The notes: generated by a model not told the origin, from the letters alone. A DNA stretch of 60,964 bases, filler included, from Dugesia japonica (GCA_001938525.1; 6 parts of 6 records of this genome joined end to end with filler, not necessarily neighbours in it); one strand, 5' to 3'; positions 1 to 13,399 are shown, counted from the whole stretch's first letter. Numbers and translations are program-made.

Positions 1-347
1 TTTCACTGTTTTCTTCATTTAATTCATTTAATTAATATTTCGTTCTTCTAGTATTAATTCCATTTTCTTGATTTCGCCCAACGAAATAATGGTTATTCAT
101 TATCTTTCTTTGTCCTGCTAAAACTTCTATTACTTCTTTTCCTCTTTGGTCTGTTTTTTTCTGAGTGGTTTCTTGTTGTAAATTTTGGGTTTTGTTGATT
201 ATTTCGTTGGTTTTAACTACCAATCTCGATTTTCCTTTTAATTATTTCCTTCTTTCACTGAACTATGTTCTTAGGTCTGAATGCTTCGCTTTCTTTTCTG
301 ACGACAATTCTTTACTTCGAGTCTTCTTGTCGCCATTTTCCGATCTG

Positions 348-562
348 ATACAGTAAAACCCACGAGTTACAGGAAACCAATGGATAGAGTAAGCTGTGTT
401 ACAGTGAGCCCATTTGATACAATAAATCCATTGTGACACAGTAAAGCTCATGTGTTCCAATAAAGTCAATAGACACAGTAAACCAATGTGATACAGTAAC
501 CCTCATGTGTTAAAATAAATACGATTTGTTACTGTGAACTAATGTGTAACAGTAAAAGCAAC
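348..562 (+). repeat. Degenerate ~19-20 bp minisatellite (consensus ~GATACAGTAAACCAATGT)
   Basis: About 10 imperfect tandem units containing ACAGTAA; the same family occurs reverse-complemented at ~21822-22020. Confidence 0.75.
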
Positions 563-1213
563 TGACAAAAATGATTTCTGTTTAATAAATTCCTAAACTC
601 AATTCATTTAATAAAGACGAATGAGAAAAATAAAAAATACTAAATATTTATTTNTAAAAATATCTAGTAATTCAATAAATTCAAATTTACTTTGTCTTAG
701 CTTTAAAAAATACATAAAACGTTTTTTTTAAATAAAAACAAACAAGCGTTAAAAACATGAGAAAATGGAAAGCACATAACATTACAATATTATTGTAATA
801 TTACAATGTATTGTAAAAATTTAANNNNNNNNNNNNNNNNNNNNNNNNNNNNNNNNNNNNNNNNNNNNNNNNNNGTTTAATAAATTCCTAAACTCAATTC
901 ATTTAATAAAGACGAATGAGAAAAATAAAAAATACTAAATATTTATTTATAAAAATATCTAGTAATTCAATAAATTCAAATTTACTTTGTCTTAGCTTTA
1001 AAAAATACATAAAACGTTTTTTTTAAATAAAAACAAACAAGCGTTAAAAAACATGAGAAAATGGAAAGCACATAACATTACAATATTATTGTAATATTAC
1101 AATGTATTGTAAAAATTTAACATTAAAAATAAAATCAATAACCCTATCGAATACATACAACCAATCTCAAGTTGTCATGAATATTTAAATTTTCTAAATC
1201 GATAATAATTAAT

Positions 1214-2692
1214 TTAATATACAATTTCGAAAATTATTTCATGTTCTAATAACGAATGAACTAAACCGACTTCGCCTTCTAAAATCTTTTCAAATTTTTC
1301 ATCAGTCACTTTTGGCAATTTCAAATGAAATTTAAAAATGATTCTTGATAGAAACAAAAATATATCCATATTTGCAATACTTTCACCTAAACACATTCGT
1401 TTTCCAACACCAAATGGAATTAAATTTTTATTAGGGATGTATATTGTTCTTGTTTCATCGAGAAATCGGTAAGGATCAAATAGATCAGGATTTTTAAATA
1501 AATTTTCATCACGAAAAATTGAACTCAAGTCTCCAAATATGATATCTTCAGGACAAAATTCATAACCCCTGAAAACACATTTTTCTAATACCCGATGATA
1601 CAATTTCGGGACTAAAATACAAAATCTTTGTACCTCATCAATAAATGAAAGTAACTTAGGGCAATCTTTCTTTAAATTCATGTTTATCTGTTTATAATCA
1701 TCTATTTGTTGTTTTAATTCATCTCTTAAATCATTTTGACTAGTTGGATATCGCGCCAACATTATACAACAGAATCCTAAAACACTATTGGTAGTTTCAG
1801 TACCTGCATTTTGTAAATCAGCCAATGATTGTACGATATTTAAAAATTTGAAATCTTCATCTTGATTCTTAAAAACATTGTCATCTTGATTGTTCCAAAA
1901 ATAATCGAATACGCATTTTGGAGATGACGATTTATTAAAATCTTTCAAACGTTTTAAGCATTTCATAGATATAAATTTTCGATTATTTTGAATGGCATTG
2001 AAATAATTGTCAACATTTTTAAAAATCCATCTTCCAAAACTTGACAGAAAAAATGCTGGCCATAAACCTACAATGTTAATAATGCTAGAGCGAGAAATAA
2101 ATCTAACATCAAGATAGTATTTTTCGAATTCCAAATTATCTTCATTTGGTTCATTAAAATTAAGGTAGCTTATTACATTAGAAATACGCTTCCCGAACAC
2201 AATGGGAGTTTTAATCGGAATATTTGACACATTTTCCAAATATTTAATTAAATTATCTGCTTCATCACAAATTATGATTTCAAATTCTTTTTTTCCCATA
2301 CCTAGATCCCGCAATGACTTTATGGCCAATAATCTATTTCGTTTCCAGATATCACCTTCTACAAATAAAATTCCTCGGTTTTCTCCAATAACATCATAAA
2401 ATCCGTCTTTTGGAAAGCCAGCGAAAAGTATTCCATTATCAACAAAAGCTTCACGTACTGTATCAATAGAAGCTAAAGTAATTATTCGTTGAGAACCAAT
2501 TTCTATTGACCAAATTTCACCATATTTCTTACTCATTTGTTTGAAAAAATCTATGTCTGACGTACTATTAATAGAAGACAATACAATTTTTAAAAAATCA
2601 ATAATTGGTATGCCTAATGGACCTGGAGGGTGATAACGTCTTTTTTGAATTTGTTTAATAGTTAAGTAAACGAAAATAAAAATAATAATCAC
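1214..2692 (-). CDS. Cytochrome P450, CYP2-clan-like, intronless over the visible length
   Basis: 492-aa ORF with N-terminal hydrophobic anchor, PPGP hinge, WKRNR C-helix, AGTETT I-helix, EVQR (ExxR), PYRF (PERF-like) and heme motif FGVGKRMCLG; the true ATG probably lies in the adjacent N gap. Confidence 0.95.
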   Translation of the reverse strand: MIIIFIFVYLTIKQIQKRRYHPPGPLGIPIIDFLKIVLSSINSTSDIDFFKQMSKKYGEIWSIEIGSQRIITLASIDTVREAFVDNGILFAGFPKDGFYDVIGENRGILFVEGDIWKRNRLLAIKSLRDLGMGKKEFEIIICDEADNLIKYLENVSNIPIKTPIVFGKRISNVISYLNFNEPNEDNLEFEKYYLDVRFISRSSIINIVGLWPAFFLSSFGRWIFKNVDNYFNAIQNNRKFISMKCLKRLKDFNKSSSPKCVFDYFWNNQDDNVFKNQDEDFKFLNIVQSLADLQNAGTETTNSVLGFCCIMLARYPTSQNDLRDELKQQIDDYKQINMNLKKDCPKLLSFIDEVQRFCILVPKLYHRVLEKCVFRGYEFCPEDIIFGDLSSIFRDENLFKNPDLFDPYRFLDETRTIYIPNKNLIPFGVGKRMCLGESIANMDIFLFLSRIIFKFHLKLPKVTDEKFEKILEGEVGLVHSLLEHEIIFEIVY

Positions 2693-3693
2693 AATTATTT
2701 GGAAAANNNNNNNNNNNNNNNNNNNNNNNNNNNNNNNNNNNNNNNNNNNNNNNNNNNNNNNNNNNNNNNNNNNNNNNNNNNNNNNNNNNNNNNNNNNNNN
2801 NNNNNNNNNNNNNNNNNNNNNNNNNNNNNNNNNNNNNNNNNNNNNNNNNNNNNNNNNACAAAAATAATTACTAGTCCATGTATAGTACAGACTTTATCAG
2901 TATTTATATTTTAAAATTACAATTTTATAAATAATTTATCAGTTATAAAATTTTAAATCTTACTGGAGGAAAAGGTACCTTGACAATTTTTAATTAATTA
3001 TAACACAAACTACGTTTTTATAACAATTTTTAAAAATATTAATTAAATTAAATTAATTTGATTTTAAATATTTATCTAGTGAAGTTTTATATCAAACGTT
3101 CTATTGGGATATGTTTGATTTCAAATGACTTGTATACAAATAAATTCATTTAATTCTGTGTGAAAATTCGTGTTAATTACTTATAATTCAGATGACGAAT
3201 TTGATTATATTATGTGGATCATTTTTAAACAAAAATAATTTTAAAATATTTATGTAAAATATGTTTTAAAATATTTTAGAGAAATAATTTTTACTGTTTA
3301 GCTTCATTTCTAATTAAACATGAAGTAAGTTACAATCTCATTAATGAAAATATGTAGTTTTGAAACAAATGTTTAGTAAAATAATGTTTCAATAAGCAAT
3401 TTATTTATGAACAAACGACAGCTATTTTTATAAAATCTAATTTTTAAACCGTTTTCTTGTATACTTCTTTGTTTTAAGTTTGATAAAATCAAATGAGTTT
3501 TATTATCAAAGTAGGATGAGTGACGAAAATTCTATTCCACTTAAAAAATACTGTTCGGTAGTCTGTGTTGAATATATAACCACGTTGATGGTTGAATTTC
3601 AATGAACTCGAATCAATATGTACTAAATTATTTTCATTTAATTTTTGTTCTAAAGATATCGAACAATTGATGATTTTGCTTATTTAATAGAGG

Positions 3694-6600
3694 GAGGGTT
3701 CTCCAAAACCTTTCATCCCGAGGGCCACATATACTATCAAATAGCAGATTGAGGGCCGACTATACACTCTATACAAAAACTCTGTTAAGAACTTTCTCGC
3801 AAATTAGCCATCTTACGGCTATGGAAAATCTTGCGATTCTGTATCTGTATTTTCAAACAAGTCTCTGAATAGTCTATGGTGGAGCCCATATAACCTTATT
3901 AAATTCTCCATCTTCAACACAGAAATCATTACACTGCTAATTTTCACATTTAAAGCATACAAAGCTTGCTGGGGAATAATACAATGCAGGATACTTTTAT
4001 GCAGGAACATTGGTTGTAGAATGTTTTTCTCATTACACATCTGCATCACTTATCAACTCAAGTCTTTCTTTTACACAACTCATTTCCTCCTTCAACAGTT
4101 AAACAACTGAGGTTAGTCCAGTCCAAGTTAGAATCAGCACATGTTTTTTCAATTTATTGAATATATCCTCTCCAGAAACAATACCATACTTGATATATAG
4201 AAAAGCTAGCTCTAGTATTATGTTCATATCTTCATCTACACTTTTAATGAAAACAAGCAATTGAAAGGTCGAACAGCTGTACAGAGATTCATCCATTGCA
4301 GCTGAAAAATTGTGAAACTTGCTTGAATTTTTCGTTCTTTAGTCACAATATTTTCATCAATATCTGCAGCATTGCAAGCAATGATATTTACATACAAATC
4401 AACATTTTTAAATTGTTTCCTCAGCCCACTTTCAACAAACATTCCTTCACTACTTCACCACTTGTAAACGGTTTTCCACTTTTAACCAGGACTCGGGCAA
4501 CTTGATAGCTGTCTTTATTTAAGGATTCATTTTTATTTGTGCATTTACTGAACTATGTCATCTGAGATGTAAATTGATTTTGTGATTAAGAAACTCTTAT
4601 GGCACATACTTTACTCCTCAATTGTGCATATTTCTTCTGATGTTTACTTTGACGATGACAACACAGGTTGTATTCTTTCATCACAGCCACGGTTTCGTTG
4701 AGATACTTTGGGGATTGTTGACAAAATAAATCAACAAGGGCGTGAGTTTAATAACAATTTTTTTTAGAATTAATAATCCAAATATGCCTAGTTATATGGT
4801 TATCTTTATATGACCTTAATATATTTATCATAGATATATTGATATTATATAAATATACTATATAGTCATCCTTATTCAATTAAACAAAAATGTTTACTTC
4901 GAAAATTTATATTAGTATAACAAATTAAACTCAATTACAAATTCAATTTAACAAGGTAATATTTTGACTCTCAGTTGTTCAATAACAAAAATTTAAAACT
5001 GTTTTACGAGTTTAATTAAGGGTCAAAATACATTAAAATGCAATAGTATTTATACTCTTACCACCAGGTACATATAAATTAATTCAGCAAAAATAATTTT
5101 TTTTCCGATATTCATTTTTTACATAAAATATTCCGGTAAAATTAAATATTTGAATTTTTTATTATTAAAATTTTAATTTTCATAATTATAAAATCTAAAA
5201 TGAAAATTTAATAATTTACCAACTTTTCAGTTTGTTTATCTATACTAATTAATTAATTAAATAATTTACAATAAGTTAAATTAAATCATAAATTAACAAA
5301 ATAAAATATTTATTAAAATGTTTATGATAGTACAGGTTAATTATGTACTAAATTATATTAAAATTATAATATTATGTTTGAATATTATTTTACAATGTAA
5401 ATTAACATTTTCCTATTAATTTATACATTAAAATTAATAAAATGATCAGAAATAAAAGCAGTACAATTAGCATAAATCAAATGTTATAATAAAATGGTAA
5501 TTTGGATCAGATCATATGACAGAATAATGTCATTTGAATTTGAATTGATTTATTGATCAATGTTACTTCACAGAATTATTTACAAGTTTATATTTTTATT
5601 GTTGTGTGGTGAATTCTGTGTTTGCTTAATTTTTTTGTAATGATTGTTGTGTGGAATTTGTATGGTTTTCCCAACAGTTTCATTGCAAATCACACGCAAT
5701 ACTTTCTCGCAGTATTTGATTAAGAAGTATTTCAAACTTCATTCTTCTCGAAACTGCCGACATTCATCGTTTATTTATCTTCTACTTTTCTCGGGCATTG
5801 ATGGGCACTAAAATATAGTGAAACTGAAAGTATCTTGCGCACATTTTACAGATATACAATGCAAGAATCTTACATACTGAATAAATTCCGATGAAAAATA
5901 TTATAGTTTCAAGGTCGAAAATTAATAACCCAATAATAAAAAATTCCAAATATTCAATTATAATAATTTCAAATTCACTATTTTAAAGTATCTCAAATCT
6001 TAAAACACCATTAAAACAACTCAAAAAATTTTGATAATTAATTTACAATAAGAAAAATCAATCGAAATTTAATAAAAATAAAAGCTTAAATCATTAAAAA
6101 ATTATCACACCTCATAATTACTATTTCCGACAGAAATGACAAATTTAAATAATTTAACAATAATATTCTTGACAACCGCCAAAAAATTACAAAAATCATA
6201 ATTTAATTCAAATAGCACCAAAAATAATCCTAAAGACAAAGTAAATCACTTTTTATTGTACATAAATTTTGTTCTAACAATTAGTTGCTAAATTTGTAAA
6301 ATAATTATATTTTTTTAGTGTACTTAAATTAGTTGCTTATAATGTTTTCTCTTCAAAAATTTTTGGAAAATTCTTGTTAAATTAACAACATTCCAAATGC
6401 TTTATAATTAAATACTTTAAAAGTAATTACGCAAAGGAAATTTTCACTAAATAAAATAGAGTACAACATGTTTTGCAATTAGACGCTAATTGATACCAGT
6501 ATCTCCTAATTGCAGCAGTCAACAGCGAATGGTAAACTGTATTCCATATAATCAACTCTTGAACAACTCTGCCACTGGATGGCGTTATATCATCTCATTG

Positions 6601-6842
6601 ACTGTGAATAGAAGTAGAAAAAGCAAGCAGTGAATAAAGTTTTCCAATGTAGTGGTCGGTTGGATAACACAACGTACTACTGGCACTTTTATTTTAATTC
6701 GATAAAAACTTAACATCCAATACGTAAACGGAGGCTGATCGTGGCAGGATAAGCGTAAGTTTCGGTAATTTTTTCCCAACGATAAAAAGGTCTTTATGGG
6801 CTGAATGAGAAGGCCTCGTGGGTCGTAATTTAGAGATCCTTG
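3694..6842 (-). mobile_element. Decayed hAT (Buster/SPIN-like, GTF2IRD2-type) DNA transposon, probably with nested insertions
   Basis: Imperfect TIRs GAGGGTTCTCCAAA (3694) and TTTAGAGATCCTTG (ends 6842), both flanked by AATAGAG (TSD-like); minus-strand transposase fragments at ~3930-4740 include GKPFTSGEVVKECL, AMDES and LHCIIPQQAL (CxxH region). Confidence 0.75.
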
Positions 6843-8375
6843 GAATAGAGAATTAAATAATAATTTCCTTTAAGTATTTCCAACAATACCAACATTGAAG
6901 TAGAACCAATCCCAATTGCAATGTAAATTCAACAGAAAAACCAGTAGTGAGTTGAGAATAAGAAATTGCAAAAGAATATTTGTGTTCTCAAATAACAAAT
7001 GTAAGATACTGTTGTGTTTCCACGACTTTTTGTACATGATATAAATTACTATATTACTCTAGGGATTAGAAGAATATTTTTTAGAACCGAAAATCATTTA
7101 CGACTCTCCAATGTTTGGAGTCATCTCGGANACTCTGCAATCTTTTTCTTCGAATCTAGTAAGCTAGAGTCTTAGTTCTTGTAGTGACTGATTATCAATT
7201 ACTATAATAATGAAAATAACCACAACATTCTTCATAATATTAAAAAATAATAACATTAATACCAGTAATGCCTATATCAAAAGGAGTCCTAATGCTGGTT
7301 GATAGTGGTAACACTATAAGGTAATTATTTCATTAGTTATTTCGTATGCATCACGTGGACTTTGGTAGATTAAAATTCCACAGAGTTATTTGCAGATCCG
7401 TCAATAAATTAAAAGTAGAATAAGTAAATGATCCTTTCAGCTCATAGTGTGTTGTCGAGCTGACTGCGGAAATAATTTCGTTGAGGGAATTGATGATAAT
7501 AGAATTGAGATTAGAGAAATTTGAATAATTTTGCGTTCATTAATAAAATATCCATGATTATTAAAGTTCAAGGTACAGGTTGGCATACGTGATAATCAGA
7601 AGATCGGTTAGCTATCTTGGAGAGTCCACGTTTTAGACACAAAACACTAGACATGTGTGAAAAAGTGACGAATTTACAGCCCTGCAGATTAATTTGGTGA
7701 CTCATCGTAGTTTACACTAAATAAAGTTTATTAAGTAAATATGTCTTCTTTTCATAAATATTGCCTAAACTTCAAAAATATAAATAGTTTATTATTAAAT
7801 TTAAGTTAAAATTGATTAATTCGATATTAAAACATAATTATTAATAAAAAATAATAATTTAAATTAATTTTTACATAAAAAATCCAAAAAAATAAAAACA
7901 AAGAAACGTATTAATCTTCAAAATCATATAAATCATACTTGACTTTTTACCATTATAGTTTATTGTTTTCATATGTGTTTTCCTGATTTTATAGTTTATT
8001 TATTTTATTATTCAATTATTAATAATATATATACAATAATAATTTTTATACTTTTATCCCTGGTTCGTATAAGGTTTTATTTCCTGAAAAATTTTATTCA
8101 AATCCCGGCTGAGCCGCCAAAATTCTTGTTGGGGTCCCACCTGAGTCGAGTAACCAGAGAAAGTGGCTGGGGAAAAACAGCCCTCAGGGGAACCCTTTCA
8201 AGAATTAACCCTACCATCCCTGTGGTAGGTTTTCAGTTTATGGCGGTTGACCTTACTCCTAATGGAAGGTACACACCGATAAACCTTTATTTCGGGTTCA
8301 ATACTTTTCCCTTATTGGTATTATTAAAGACAACAACAACAATTCTAGTTAAATACATTTATAACATAAAATGTT

Positions 8376-8758
8376 TTAAATCAAATCGAGCGCCCCCGTA
8401 TCCAACCATTGGTCTGGATCGGACACAGAGAAATTGAACGCGGCTATATCGTCATTATCATCCCATTGTAATATTNNNNNNNNNNNNNNNNNNNNNNNNN
8501 NGTCGGCGATATACTGTTTGAGAAATTCGATCTTTCTCAACAGTATTTGTTTATTCTCTGCCTCAAGGGCCTTGGTTTGGGCTGCTAGATGCGTTTGTTT
8601 TCTTACGATCAGATCTAACTTTTTTATAAGTTGATCACGCTGATTGAAATGTCTCATAAGGGCCTTATCAGTTTTACGCTTTAAATGACGTTCGACCAGT
8701 AAGCGGCTCATAATTCTATGGCACCTCCGGATACTGTTGGGGAAGTTAATTCGGGGCA
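8376..8758 (-). CDS. Orphan cassette copy 1, ORF-D (basic/coiled-coil, unknown function)
   Basis: Open frame of ~127 codons with higher GC than flanks; starts at ttcag|TG CCC; contains an N gap. Confidence 0.5.
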
Positions 8759-8874
8759 CTGAATGAAAAGTATAGTGAATTTGGCAAAAATCAAATTTAG
8801 AATTAAAGTAATGACTCAGACAAAGTAGGACAAAATTAATTTATTAGAAACAACTAAATGATAGGTAGAGTAAC

Positions 8875-9233
8875 TCAAGACCGATTCGTTTGAGAGCCCT
8901 TATCAATCAAGAGGGGTGGTAGAGGCATCGTGGCTCGTAACTTCCCTATGTTATCCAACAACTGGCTTTCCCTTTCTTGGTAATTCTTGATCATTTTGGT
9001 AAGAGTCTCGACCTGGGACTTCCACACCCGCTCTTGATTATGGGTGGCATCCATCTCTGCCCTAAAATTTAGGCATTTACGCTTGCATCGCTTTACTTTA
9101 GCGTCCACCGTGGCGATTTCCGCTTCCCATCGCCGTTTCGCCAAGTTATAAAGATCTCAAGTCATCTCCTGGTCATCTTTATCTTCTCGTGTTTTCTTAG
9201 TATAGGCCTGGAATCTATTTAAAGACGAATGCA
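8875..9233 (-). pseudogene. Orphan cassette copy 1, ORF-C (HSSLNR...KRRWEAEI coiled-coil)
   Basis: Starts at ttcag|TG CAT TCG; one in-frame TGA aligns with TGG in the homolog at 53711-54059. Confidence 0.65.
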
Positions 9234-9472
9234 CTGAAATACAAATGGGGTTTAATGAAATAAAAAAAATTTTCTTAATACTACTAATATCAGATCAGTT
9301 GGTCACCTTACTTCCACATTAATAAATGAAAATATACGGCCAATCCCTTTTCACATAACATAAAAGAAATAAAAGCCTAATTTAAATTTTTCCACGAGAA
9401 TTCTTGTTCATAAAGAAAAAAAAATTTATAACAAAACAAAAATAGAACACTTATTTATTATTTTCAACAACA

Positions 9473-9840
9473 CTAAACATTGGATGATGGAGGGTTATTA
9501 TTATCGGGATTGGGGGCGGTATTTTCCGCATCCGCTACCCCATTTGGCTCTCGGACTCCCCAGGGCAGATTAGCGATAAATGCCTGTATTGCTGGAGCGG
9601 GGGGAGGAGTGGTTGGTTGTTAGGAGAAAGTAGTTGTGTGGGTGCGATCAGGGCCGGTCCACTCTCGATATCTTTGTCTTTCACCGAAATCATTAATACG
9701 CCCCACGATAGACTCGACCGGGGGTAAGTTCTAACGATCGACGAGGATTCCGGCGTCACGATGATGGGGGTTGTGACATCTTCGCAGGATTAGCCATCGG
9801 GTCCTCCTATCCACGACACGTATTCAAACTGATTCCATAT
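9473..9840 (-). pseudogene. Orphan cassette copy 1, ORF-B (DRRT...NPHH.DAGILVDR.NL...WTGPDR...AFIANLPWGVREP)
   Basis: Manual translation in one frame with three internal stops; homologous to 53166-53465 and 58561-58841; starts at ttag|AT ATG. Confidence 0.65.
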
Positions 9841-11196
9841 CTAAGATCAAAATAGAATGAATCAAACTTAACTATAGCAATTTGGAACCTAAAAGGCAAC
9901 AACACTAAATGAACACAATTTAACATTTTATTTCCGTGTATTAAGATTAACTTCAAAGGGAAACATAATGCGTTCATTAAAATTATAGTAATACGAGGTG
10001 CTGTATTGCAATAGTACTTTTGGAAAACCTGTGATATATAATACTGAAGAAATCCTAAATTTACGAATGTTACAAAAAGAAAAATATATTAATTATTTTA
10101 ATCAAAATTTTGTCGTGAATTGATTGATATTTAAACTGANNNNNNNNNNNNNNNNNNNNNNNNNNNNNNNNNNNNNNNNNNNNNNNNNNNNNNNNNNNNN
10201 NNNNNNNNNNNNNNNNNNNNNNNNNNNNNNNNNNNNNNNNNNNNNNNNNNNATTTCTTAGGGCTCGTTACTAAATCCACAGATTAATCTGTTATACCACG
10301 AATTCACCTTAAAATTAATGCTGACACTTTCCATTCAAATTTTCTTGGATGAGAGAAAAATCAAATTAATAAAACAATGTCTAAGACGATCGTCTTATTA
10401 AAATTGTTGTAAATTGAATCTCCATTCGAATATATCAGGAATGTGAAATTTAATTCGTTTAAATTATGCGGTGTTTAATTCCCATGGAATAAATAAATTA
10501 CCTTTATTTATTAACTCTAATTTTATGATTAACGAAAAATTAATAGAACGTTGATTGTAAATTCCGGGTTTATTTCTCTTTCTTTTAATTATTTCACTAG
10601 CGTTGAACTGCCGCACTTTGCGGTTGCTAGGAGATGCTCTTATCAAGGTGATCATTTTATTAGATGGTTGTGACTTATTTACTGCCTGTGTGTTGAATCG
10701 ATATTCCACATGACTCACCCGTCGGTGCCTACATTCTACTAGTGATCGTTATATCGCTAACCCGGAATTTTATAGGTCGTTACATGCTCCCTGATGTCAA
10801 AAAGGAAAATTCGTATCGGCTACTTATCTTGTGATTATGTGGAATTATTACTATCAAATGCTTTTATCTATCTATCTCGAAGGGAATTTTGGACAATATG
10901 AATTAATTTTTATGATTGTCTACTTTTGTGAACAAAAAAAATAAAATGGTTGTTAATATGATAATTTTCGCTGGAGGATAATATGTGTTGTGAGGTGATA
11001 TTTATTGTATTTTTTAAAAACAATATAAATATAAAAATGAAATTTTACTGATGGTCAGTGGACTGTATTTATTCTCGTAACTCAAATTTCATTCGGACAT
11101 ACAAACATATGGGATACAGACAATTAAATGTAAGTATAGTGAGAATTAATTAAGATTTAGAAAATAACAATTATTTAACTAGTATATGTATTTCAT

Positions 11197-11296
11197 NNNN
11201 NNNNNNNNNNNNNNNNNNNNNNNNNNNNNNNNNNNNNNNNTTAATTAATTAANNNNNNNNNNNNNNNNNNNNNNNNNNNNNNNNNNNNNNNNNNNN
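11197..11296. other. Artificial scaffold-joining linker N44-TTAATTAATTAA-N44
   Basis: Exact 100-bp pattern with stops in all six frames, repeated five times in the window. Confidence 0.95.
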
Positions 11297-12448
11297 ACAA
11301 TACCACTGGAAATCGTAATACTATAAAATAGGGATAATAATTGTAGGATGTCATATTTCATCATATCATGCTCTCAGTTTTCTGCGTATTATACATATGA
11401 ACCAAATGGTTTTTATAAGAAAAAATATAGAAAATAACGTCGTAGTAGTTTTTTCAAAAAAATTTATTTTTCAATTTAAAAGCAAATGTTTATGATATAT
11501 TTATGACGATTTTATGGAAATTTACGATTATTTAACTATCGACTAGAACGACATTTGAATCAAATAATAATTATTGTTTGAACATTGGTTAGTTTAAAAC
11601 TACAATTTATTTAGTTATTCAGAATATTGAGTTTTCCAATTAATCGGTAAATAAAAACAAAATAATATTTAAACAATTGTTTTTCTCTTTATTTTCGTCT
11701 AAAAATCTAGTAATATTTTGAACAGTTTTCTCCATAATCTAATTACATTGGAAAAAAATGAAAACTTATGTGTCGATTCATTAGTAATTAATGATTTCAT
11801 ATTAATGAATTGGGAGAAGAATTAACCGTTTGAATTAGAACACTTTTAGACAAATATTATTGAAAATAATTTTAATTGATAAAAATAAGACAGCGTGATT
11901 AAGTGCCCCTATATTAATTCATTGATGCATAGAGTCCGTTTAAACAAGCTACTGTTTACTATTTTTTCCTATTATTAATTAACTTAGAATATGTGAGTTA
12001 TTTGGTAGTATTTCTCCTTTAGTTTCAAACAATATATTTCCTTGAAAATTTTTTAAGTCTTTTATTATTTTACTTATCTATTACTATTTAAATAAATTTT
12101 TAAATCATATTTTGGATCCCATCGATTCAAAAAGATTTTCATAAGTTTATCATTATTATTATTTAGTAAATCAGTGTTTCGCAAATAGTGTGTCTTGAGA
12201 AATTTGCAATTCTGTCACAAAATTTTTGAAAACGTTAAAGGATATTGAAGGTTTTGAACTTTGAAATTTTCTTTTGCAAATATCTTTTATATCTTATAAA
12301 ATAAATACAAATTTCGAATAAATTTTATTTAACAAATACTTGAAAACACAAAATATTTTTATCGAAAAAAGTTTGCGAATCATTACTGTAAATTATAGTG
12401 ACATTTAAATCATAATGGNGAACAATCAAAGAAAAAAGTCAAAAAAGT

Positions 12449-12550
12449 CAATTCCTGACGAAAACAAGGTCGAAATATTGAATTGTTATCAAATATCAAT
12501 AAAAAATAAAAAAAACAAAAATTTTGATCGAAGCTTTTATTTTAAATGAA
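12449..12550 (+). mobile_element. Penelope-like terminal repeat fragment with minimal hammerhead motif
   Basis: caattc-CTGACGA-aaacaaggtc-GAAA-tatt-gaattg followed by a tail shared with the copies at ~16.7, ~36.9 and ~39.2 kb. Confidence 0.65.
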
Positions 12551-13226
12551 ATCAAAGGAAACTATAGAAACAAAGTTTAATATGGGAAAGTGGTGAAAGA
12601 GATCCAGATTCCAAAGAATTCGTTATTAATATTGACAACAAAGAAATAACCCTAAAAAATGATGCTAAAGATGAAGAAAATTTTAATGGGTTCAGACAAC
12701 AGTGAAATTAATTAAAAGATTTTTAATATTTCAAAATGGTCAATTTTATAAATCTCTTTAGAAAATAGAAATGTACCAAAGTAGAAATTGATAAATATAA
12801 ACTGTATACCATTCAAAAAAACTATGTTAGAAATAAATACCAATAAATAAAATTTATGCATATAAATTGAAAAAGATAGCATTACAAGAAATTTATAATG
12901 TGCTAAGATACAATGATCTAAGATTGATACGCTTAAATAGGAAAATAAGTATAAAATTAATAAATTACTTAGTTAATATTATTAATTAGTATAAGCTGTT
13001 TATTCTTTCTTTTAAAACATATTTTTTAACAATAATTTTTGTACCTTATTTATTTTGTAGAATATTTTCTATTAATCTTTTAGTCGTGGTAACATATTAT
13101 TTCTTTGTCGGTTTATGTTTTTAATTTATTTATCGATTTATTCTAAACTGAAATTTATTGCTTGGTATCACGGTTTAGTTTTGAAAGTAATCCATTATTA
13201 TATAATAACAATATAATAACAATATT

Positions 13227-13228
<2 letters not shown>

Positions 13229-13286
<58 letters not shown>

Positions 13287-13336
13287 NNNNNNNNNNNNNN
13301 NNNNNNNNNNNNNNNNNNNNNNNNNNNNNNNNNNNN

Positions 13337-13398
<62 letters not shown>
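13229..13398 (+). repeat. (AAT)n microsatellite spanning a gap
   Basis: Long pure AAT tract on both sides of an N run. Confidence 0.95.

Positions 13399-13399
<1 letters not shown>

Noticed and set aside
348-562. CRISPR-like regular repeats
   Set aside because: Units are contiguous and degenerate with no unique spacers, no cas genes, and the context is eukaryotic
580-1120. ~245-bp direct repeat downstream of the P450
   Set aside because: Near-identical copies on either side of an N gap; assembly overlap (same pattern at ~36707-36875)
5620-5810. Possible Tc1/rosa N-terminal fragment (KPYKF) nested in the hAT element
   Set aside because: Too short and degenerate to assign without an alignment
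7973-8437. 154-aa plus-strand ORF with apparent GWG...TIP resemblance to a minus frame at 53.2-53.4 kb
   Set aside because: The 53.2-kb region is explained by plus-strand ORF-B homologous to 9473-9840, so the resemblance is to an antisense frame and probably coincidental
8875-9840. In-frame TGA at Trp positions suggesting an alternative genetic code or readthrough
   Set aside because: TAG, TAA and frameshifts also interrupt these ORFs, and TGG is used for Trp; ordinary pseudogene decay explains it
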